Virus record (IMG/VR): IMGVR_UViG_3300021507_000001
Location: 5,105-69,104 of that record
DNA length: 64,000 bases
From: a virus
Strand: one strand, 5' to 3'
Below are positions 57,634 to 64,000 of this stretch, piece after piece. A program made the translations under genes and the position numbers. The notes beneath the pieces are model-generated. The model saw only the letters and a program-made list of their open reading frames with translations. It was not told the DNA's origin and did not search any database. Positions within the stretch are counted from its first letter, which is position 1, and each line of letters begins with the position of its first letter.

Positions 57634-58277
57634 AGTATTCTCCTCTCTGGTGTGGTCAGATCGGCACCCCCATTCCAATGAATCACTATTGGATAAGTCC
57701 CCGTAGCTCGATTGTAGGCTCGCTGATAGGAAATCTCCACCAGGGATTCAGAGCCGCACATGTTCTGGACCAGTTCGCAGTTGTGGTCCAGCAGAATGTC
57801 GTCTCCTTCCAAGAAACGATTGGTTAACCATTCTTGGTCGTCGCCCTGTATCTCCGGCCATTTCTCGAAGCACGCCAGTAGGTGTTCGCGCTCTGCAATG
57901 TAGACCCCGCTATTTAGAAAGCGGTAGGCCGTGTTACAAGTAGGATAGGTGTTGAGATCGTAGGCATTAGTGGGCCAGGGATATGGCTCTGCGCCGCAAA
58001 CCCAGGGGTGTTCGAATGCCAAGAATCGTTCGAGCGTTTGCTCCGGGCCGGCCAGCACCACTACATCCCTGGCGTCGAAGAAGGCAAGATGTGTGTATTG
58101 TGTGAGATCGCGTGCACATTTGTGCGCCCAGTGCAGCTTGGAGGCGAACCCCAGCCACACTGGGTCTATTTTGAGGTGCAAGTCCCAGCCGTGCTCGCGC
58201 AAGATGTCGCCCACCGCTTTGGTCTTGTCTTCATTGGCGCAGTCGGCACTCACCAGGGAAATAGCAGCGATATTCAT
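57618..58277 (-). CDS. PLOD-type glycosyltransferase domain protein
   Basis: FFDARD, GAEPYPWP, FLNSG, DDQ, HWNG. Confidence 0.8.
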   Translation of the reverse strand: MNIAAISLVSADCANEDKTKAVGDILREHGWDLHLKIDPVWLGFASKLHWAHKCARDLTQYTHLAFFDARDVVVLAGPEQTLERFLAFEHPWVCGAEPYPWPTNAYDLNTYPTCNTAYRFLNSGVYIAEREHLLACFEKWPEIQGDDQEWLTNRFLEGDDILLDHNCELVQNMCGSESLVEISYQRAYNRATGTYPIVIHWNGGADLTTPERRILWEKT

Positions 58278-59023
58278 AATCTCTCCGCATGGGAGGGTGA
58301 ATTAGGTACGTCGAAGATAAGCAGCGGGTTGCTGTCCCAGAAGTGAATCGGCTCAGTAATGCCGATCTCAGCACGCACGGCCTGTATTTTGTCCCACGTC
58401 TTGGGAAAGCACTTGGCAGGCGTGTAACACTTGACCCCCAGCTTGTCCAAGTAACGGAATACCGCAATTGCCTCTCCGTGTGCCGGTGTAGCTATCTGGA
58501 ACACGTCATGGACACAGATGCGGCCACCAGGGCGCACACGAGGGAACGTGGTTGCCATTAACTCACTGGCGAAGGGTTCATTGTGATTAGAATCAGACAG
58601 CAAGAAGTCGATGTGCTCTGGAATCTCCTGCTCGCGCACATCGCCACACGTGAACACCAGACGCTCTCTAAGGGCTTCTGGCAGGCGTTCCGTGTGATCA
58701 GTGATGTCATAAGCTATTAACTGCCCTGCTGCGTTGTCACGCAGCCCCTGTAGCAACCAGGACGTAGACCAGCAGACACCCGACCCCACCTCCACCACAG
58801 TTTGGGGTTTCATGGCGCGCATACTCAAGTACAGAAACTCGGCCTCTACATCATCGAACTGGGCGCTTGCCATTACTCGCTGATAGAACTTCTTTTGTTC
58901 GGCACGCACTCGCAGTAGATCATCTGCGTATTTGTGGTACAGGCCGCAGATGTAGCGCGAGCGGTTCTTAACCCACACGCGATCCAATGCAACCTCGTCG
59001 TTGGTCATGTTTTTGTTAAGCAC
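58274..59023 (-). CDS. class I SAM methyltransferase (Methyltransf_24-like)
   Basis: VEVGSG, SDSNH, PGGRICVHD. Confidence 0.85.
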   Translation of the reverse strand: MLNKNMTNDEVALDRVWVKNRSRYICGLYHKYADDLLRVRAEQKKFYQRVMASAQFDDVEAEFLYLSMRAMKPQTVVEVGSGVCWSTSWLLQGLRDNAAGQLIAYDITDHTERLPEALRERLVFTCGDVREQEIPEHIDFLLSDSNHNEPFASELMATTFPRVRPGGRICVHDVFQIATPAHGEAIAVFRYLDKLGVKCYTPAKCFPKTWDKIQAVRAEIGITEPIHFWDSNPLLIFDVPNSPSHAERL

Positions 59024-61160
59024 TTAGCACCTCAGTAAGTTTAGCCAAGACAGCGTCGTCGTGGCGGAAATTAGGCCACCCACCCATGGTATTCACCGTG
59101 AACAGACAGCCACCAACCACATTGGCGGCATAACGGCTTTCGTTGAGTAGCCGCTTGTAGGTTGCTACGTCAGCAGCATATTTGGTTAGTTCGCCAAGAC
59201 ATTCAACCCACCCAGCATTGGGTGGCATGTAACCAGTGGTCTCGATCTTGATTGCGCCGGTCTCACCAAACACCCAGTTGGGCGCAACTCCATTAGCTAC
59301 AAAGTAATCTTGCATCATCTCGAAACGACCCGCATACCATTTCCATTCGTCTTCCAGAAACGACACCCCATCCCTGGCTCCCCAGTAGTTGTGATAGCCC
59401 ATGAAGCCGTTGGCTGCCACGATGTCCTGCGCCAGGGGCAATATTGCCGGAATCTCGTTTGGTTGTGGATTGCCTACAGGGATGGTCGCAACTACAGGCC
59501 GCACCAGAGGGCACTTCTGCCGCAGAACTCGAATGAACTCGCGGTCGAACTGTACGGCGCGCACGATGTTGCTGCCCGCCATGACTTCATTGATGCTCTC
59601 AACGGCCAGCAGCCCCTGCTGTACCTGGGGAATGTCGCTCAGGGCCACCAGGGCTCCCGCGAACTTGTCTACGAAATGATTGACTTTGGCCGAGATGTCG
59701 CCATCCAGGTAGGTGCCGTCGCCGTCTACCCAGTGACGGTAGACCACTAGGGCGTCGGGATTACAGGCCCACACCTTGGTGATGTCACTGACATCAAACA
59801 CCTTGACGACGGCGGGCTTGACAGCCGTAACAAAGTCAGCTACACCCTGTGTCCAATTCTGGACATGCAGCCCGACCTTGTTGGGGTTGGTATTTGTGGC
59901 CTGGAATGAAAATACTGCCATAGCATAGATAGCACGCGCCAGGTCCCAGCCCGGAGCTCCATAGCGTGTGAGCAAGGTGGTAGTATCTCCGCTCCACGGA
60001 TCGATGATCTTGATGTCCTGACCATCCTCGGTCAGCGCATATCCCACCACAAAGTGAGAGTCGTAGTCGCCAGTATGATCATAGTCTACACCCAGGATAA
60101 CCTGGCCGTTGGCAGCCAGCGCAGTCTTTACAGCAGCCACATCAGCGGGGGTGTTTGTCCACTTGGCGTATTCTACAAAGTGAACACCAGGAACGACCTC
60201 GGCCACTTTGGCCCAGTAGAGCAAGTCTGGTCCCTGGGGATGTCCCACAGGCGTATAGCCATCCACCAGCTTGAGCCTGGTGTTGAGCACTCCTGGGGTA
60301 ACGGTCTTATCCACCAGGGAACTGATGATAGCAGATGCCGTAACAGCACAGCCCGCCTTTCCCAATGGGCGCGTGACCATGATGTCGGCGGCCCACTCAG
60401 GATCGCGCATGGAGTAGGGCGTCATCCCCGCCACAGTATCCCCTGGTGTCACAGGTGGCTCCGTGGTGGGCCAGTGGGCTTCGAGTAGAGCAATGACTGC
60501 CTCGAGGCTCAGTGTGCCGTCTGGGGGGACTGGGGGAGGTGTGGGGGCAGAGATTTCGAGGTCTACGGCGCCCCACTGTCCATCGGCGTGCTTCAGCCGC
60601 CATTTGCACCACTCTCTGGTGAAAATGGTGACGGTGGTGTCTACAGCCACTGCTTCTGCCGCAGAAGTCTCTTTATAGGTGTCGTAGTTGCTCACCGGCG
60701 CACTCCACACTACACTTGGTGAGAATGGGTCGGTACCACCGGTTGGGTCGATGCCCACCATCTGCGTGAAATCGCCGGGGCCACCAGAAGATTCGTGGGG
60801 ATTGTCTGCGCCACTATACCAGGCATGTGCATATCCGGTTGCCTTAACAGTAGCACCCGCTGGCACTTCAATCTGTTGGTACAGGCCACTGTGATGTACC
60901 CCATAGAAAGTGAAGCTCTGAAAAGCGAAGTCCTCTTCTGGTAATACACGAGGTGGGTCGAGGTAAGGCGGAGCCTTGGGGATCCGCTTGGTTTCGGGGC
61001 GTCGATAGCCCTGGGTATTGTTGGGGTCCCAGGGAAAGGGATTACCGCCCTCTTCCCACCAGCTCACCCAGGGGCGAGGAGATGAGACCTCATTGTAGAC
61101 TTCTCCATTGTATGTTTCTTGCCAGGGTTCGCCGCTAAAGTGCAGTCGTTTCTTGATCAT
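59016..61160 (-). CDS. multidomain lysin-like hydrolase (CBM-like, C39-like peptidase, glycoside hydrolase-like)
   Basis: GIDPTGGTDP beta-sandwich; GCAVT...SHFV...IDPW; ESINE...FGETG TIM barrel. Confidence 0.7.
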   Translation of the reverse strand: MIKKRLHFSGEPWQETYNGEVYNEVSSPRPWVSWWEEGGNPFPWDPNNTQGYRRPETKRIPKAPPYLDPPRVLPEEDFAFQSFTFYGVHHSGLYQQIEVPAGATVKATGYAHAWYSGADNPHESSGGPGDFTQMVGIDPTGGTDPFSPSVVWSAPVSNYDTYKETSAAEAVAVDTTVTIFTREWCKWRLKHADGQWGAVDLEISAPTPPPVPPDGTLSLEAVIALLEAHWPTTEPPVTPGDTVAGMTPYSMRDPEWAADIMVTRPLGKAGCAVTASAIISSLVDKTVTPGVLNTRLKLVDGYTPVGHPQGPDLLYWAKVAEVVPGVHFVEYAKWTNTPADVAAVKTALAANGQVILGVDYDHTGDYDSHFVVGYALTEDGQDIKIIDPWSGDTTTLLTRYGAPGWDLARAIYAMAVFSFQATNTNPNKVGLHVQNWTQGVADFVTAVKPAVVKVFDVSDITKVWACNPDALVVYRHWVDGDGTYLDGDISAKVNHFVDKFAGALVALSDIPQVQQGLLAVESINEVMAGSNIVRAVQFDREFIRVLRQKCPLVRPVVATIPVGNPQPNEIPAILPLAQDIVAANGFMGYHNYWGARDGVSFLEDEWKWYAGRFEMMQDYFVANGVAPNWVFGETGAIKIETTGYMPPNAGWVECLGELTKYAADVATYKRLLNESRYAANVVGGCLFTVNTMGGWPNFRHDDAVLAKLTEVLSA

Positions 61161-61407
61161 TCTCGATCTCCTTTTTTATCTTATATGCCGGAACAAAAGT
61201 TTTGACACCGCTCATAGTAACAATCTGCTTTTTGCCAGGTATCAACCTGTCCAGAATCTCGTGTAGTTTAGCGCGTGTCGTTTTGGGGCTGATGCCCAAT
61301 TCCTTGGCGATCTCCGCAGTTGTCATGAAGTCGTCTCCCATTTGGGGGATGGCGGCTCGTATTTCTTCCAAGAGGTCATTGTTGGTAAAGTTAGGACTTA
61401 TTGGCAC
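61135..61407 (-). CDS. small wHTH protein
   Basis: MTTAEIAKELGISPKTTRAKL. Confidence 0.65.
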   Translation of the reverse strand: MPISPNFTNNDLLEEIRAAIPQMGDDFMTTAEIAKELGISPKTTRAKLHEILDRLIPGKKQIVTMSGVKTFVPAYKIKKEIENDQETTAL

Positions 61408-62254
61408 GCTTCTTTCCTTTGGTGAATATGGGCTTGAGTGCAGTCTGTGGTATGGCAAAGCACATAGGATGAGCTACTACATAGGGTGGCTCATCCGCAA
61501 TCTCCCACCACACGGCCCCCAGCGAACGTGGCTTGCCGCGATTGGGACGTTTGGACATTTGGGAGAATACGTCTTGTAGCTTCAGGGGCATGTGTGCGCA
61601 AGCGGTGGAAACCTCGTCTTGCAACAATCTGTAGCCGTGGTGGTCGTGTGCCCGCAGCAGCCACAGGTGCTTGGTGGCTGGGTCACAGCCACGGCCAGCG
61701 TTCTCGAAGTAGTCTCGCACCTCTCTCTCGATGGGCATCGCCAGGTTGGTATTGGTGTAGCTCTGGTGGTGGGCCGCGTCGAGCATGACTGTCTTGCTGC
61801 CAAAGATGGGTTGTTGTAGGTGAGAGAAGACTCGCCCACCCCCGCTATTCCTGGTGGTGTCCAGTAGGTCGCCTAGCTGTTCTTCGTGAGCGTCTCCCTT
61901 GCCTACGTGATAGCCACTGCCACTGAGCATAAAGAGGGGGCCACCAGGGACAAGACGTTCTCTGAAAGGATCCAGCAACTCTTTAGCAGCGCGCCCCTGA
62001 TACACGGGGTCGCCCTCGGTGAGGTAGCGTCCGTTCTCGTGGTAGTTCTCGCCCTCGGTCATATCACCAAGAAGCAAAATGGCGTCTAGGCGGTCAGGTA
62101 TCTGCCGCAGAATTTCCTTGAGCACCTTGTTGAGGTAGAGCTGGCCGCGATTAAGACGGGGGCGTGTGCCAGTGGACAACTTCATCCCTGGTGGAAATGC
62201 CGAGAACGCACTTCCTGCGTGCAGGTCGGCCAGCGTCAGAAATGTAAGCCTCAA
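61391..62254 (-). CDS. calcineurin-like metallophosphoesterase
   Basis: ADLHAG, LGDMTEG, GSGYH, AHDH. Confidence 0.8.
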   Translation of the reverse strand: MRLTFLTLADLHAGSAFSAFPPGMKLSTGTRPRLNRGQLYLNKVLKEILRQIPDRLDAILLLGDMTEGENYHENGRYLTEGDPVYQGRAAKELLDPFRERLVPGGPLFMLSGSGYHVGKGDAHEEQLGDLLDTTRNSGGGRVFSHLQQPIFGSKTVMLDAAHHQSYTNTNLAMPIEREVRDYFENAGRGCDPATKHLWLLRAHDHHGYRLLQDEVSTACAHMPLKLQDVFSQMSKRPNRGKPRSLGAVWWEIADEPPYVVAHPMCFAIPQTALKPIFTKGKKRANKS

Positions 62255-62646
62255 TTCTCTTTCTCGGCAAACATGAAGTGAAACACCTCGAACAGCGCAG
62301 GTCCTGGGTTGAAGTCCTTCAGTTCATCGAGGCTAAACACGTGAATGTCCACCTCAACTTCAATGCCACGTAGCTCCTCGCACCCCTCATCCCATTTGGT
62401 AGCTGCTTCTTCGTCTCCTTCAGGTAGGGCAAGTAGATTGTTCTCCTGTTGCTCCGCCCCCAGAGACAGAATTAACTCACGCTGCTGATCCTTCAGGTGC
62501 TTGAACTCGGCGCGTAAGTGACGTGCATTCTTGCCTAGCCAATACCCTACTTTCACTGGTGGTTTCGGCTCGGCCTTTAACAACTGGTTCAGCACCGAGT
62601 TGCGTCCCGTACAAATATCCTCGATGGTTCCTAACGTCATCTTCAT
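62251..62646 (-). CDS. tail-region hypothetical protein
   Basis: AGGAG RBS; follows tail gene. Confidence 0.55.
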   Translation of the reverse strand: MKMTLGTIEDICTGRNSVLNQLLKAEPKPPVKVGYWLGKNARHLRAEFKHLKDQQRELILSLGAEQQENNLLALPEGDEEAATKWDEGCEELRGIEVEVDIHVFSLDELKDFNPGPALFEVFHFMFAEKEN

Positions 62647-62662
62647 TTCAATCTCCTTTGAT

Positions 62663-64000
62663 TAGATATAATACCCGTGTACCCGTAAATATGTAGAGTT
62701 TGAAGTCGCTCCGCCGACCACGACCTGAATCCGCCCGCTGCTATCGCAATTCACGACGCCGCAGGCGTCAATGTACGTATTAGCTCGTTGCGAGTGTACG
62801 ACTACCACAGATTCATCCACGCCATATTTGCGTGCGTAAGCATAATAGGCACTGCCAGAGAGTGCGAATCTGGCAATCAATGAAATGCTCACCGCCTTCG
62901 CCTCTGTAGGAATCCCCAAGTCACTGGCCGTGAGGCCGTAAGTCCCTACCGCCTTTGAAACGCCGTTCCACACCACAACTTCAGTGAGCGGTACGTAGAT
63001 GTAGCCGGTCTTGGTGGAGCCTCCGCGCACTGGGCGCAAGTCGCCATTGTAACGAAGGTCCATTGTCGTGGTGGTACCGAGTTTCAGATATTCCGCATCG
63101 GCCACTATGTAACTATAACTAGCGGCATCGCTATCCGCCCGGAGTTCTAGATAGGCCCCTTTTGTACCAGAGGAGGCCAAAATCGTTGCATGGGCCAAAT
63201 ATGTTGCTGCTGATTGTGCCGCAACCACTGCATTTGTTTCGCAGGCAGGCAAGGTCGTAACCCCTCCACAACTAAGCAAAACGCCAGCGTGACCAGTGCC
63301 CTCACTGGCAAATACACCTACCTTATCTAGGTGAGAGATTGTTGAACCAAAAGAATATGCTCCCTTGGTTAGATGCACACTTGGCATTTTTATTTCAATA
63401 CCATTCGCGTCGAGCGTTACCGCATCTGCCCCTGCTGTAATCGCCCCAGCGGAGTTAACACTACACTGGATTGTGCCGGTCTTGGTAGCCCTGGTGGTAA
63501 GCGCGTTATCTGTGCCGTAGATGTTGATACCAGAACCACTGATCTCTACGCCGTCCCCCGCCGTGACCTTTCCCTCACTAGTCAGGCATACCTCATCCGT
63601 ACCTGCGCCGTTCTGGCCTACGATCTCAGCATCGTCAATGAGCCAGCCGGTGAGGTCTACGTCTTTCGTGCCAGTACCCACGCGGATTTTGCCGCCGGAG
63701 ACCATATCAAGTAGCCCCGACACGTTTAGCGACTGCAACTCACCGCGTTTGGCAGTAATACCCCCTGTAATGTTCAGCGTAGCTGCGCTGGCGTCCCACA
63801 GCATATATTCAGTGCCATGTCCCAGCAGGAAGTCGCCTTTGCCGAGCGTCTGTCCGCCCCAGGATTTGCCGTCCACTGACGACCAACCCAGGGAGGCGTT
63901 GCCGTCCTCGTCACGACCCCAGAGACCTTCCTCGTTCACTCGGATGGGCACCTGCCCTGGTGAGCGCCAGGCACGGATGGAGGTCTCCGCAAACACCGGC
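62663..64000 (-). CDS. tail fiber/tip protein, 5' truncated
   Basis: Gly/Thr beta-rich repeats, ends ...RVHGYYI; open toward window edge. Confidence 0.7.

Larger units (their letters stand above)
5882..60666. repeat. dispersed 13-bp palindrome TTCTGCSGCAGAA (at least 23 exact copies)
   Basis: Starts: 5882, 9555, 19190, 21676, 24260, 25200, 25696, 25919, 26880, 27381, 27972, 28495, 31920, 37374, 38908, 41458, 44316, 46879, 48867, 54740, 56396, 59515, 60654. Confidence 0.95.

Noticed and set aside
1-64000. Stop-codon reassignment
   Set aside because: Long conserved genes are intact in code 11 and end in TAA, TAG and TGA; only one in-frame TGA case was seen
1-64000. Integrase/lysogeny module, reverse transcriptase (DGR/retron) or DNA polymerase
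   Set aside because: No matching catalytic motifs recognised; part of the genome lies outside the window

Overview
Nearly complete, circularly permuted genome of a tailed (siphovirus-like) dsDNA phage. The host is possibly Chloroflexota, inferred from the lysin and lipoprotein style. No integrase or DNA polymerase is visible. The minus strand carries the morphogenesis operon (1-19.7 kb: terminase, portal, scaffold, capsid, adaptor, glycosyltransferase, tail tube, frameshifted chaperone, tape measure, tail) and, at 56.4-64 kb, tail, lysis and glyco-modification genes. The plus strand (19.9-56.4 kb) carries small early genes, RNase HI, SSB, a RecU-like nuclease, helicase, primase, initiator, ERF and RecA. 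Main observations: (1) the ~2,500-aa tape measure protein has an N-terminal region with both double-psi beta-barrel signatures of a two-barrel RNA polymerase (DFDLD catalytic motif), suggesting a tail-delivered virion RNAP, and repeated hairpin leaders in the early region are candidate promoters for it; (2) a Ro60/TROVE gene is preceded by four Y-RNA-like genes, one a tRNA-shaped permuted hybrid, plus other aberrant tRNA-like RNAs; (3) a 13-bp palindrome TTCTGCSGCAGAA occurs at least 23 times, often next to a second motif GAATCACCARGG. All calls come from reading by eye; no database searches were run.
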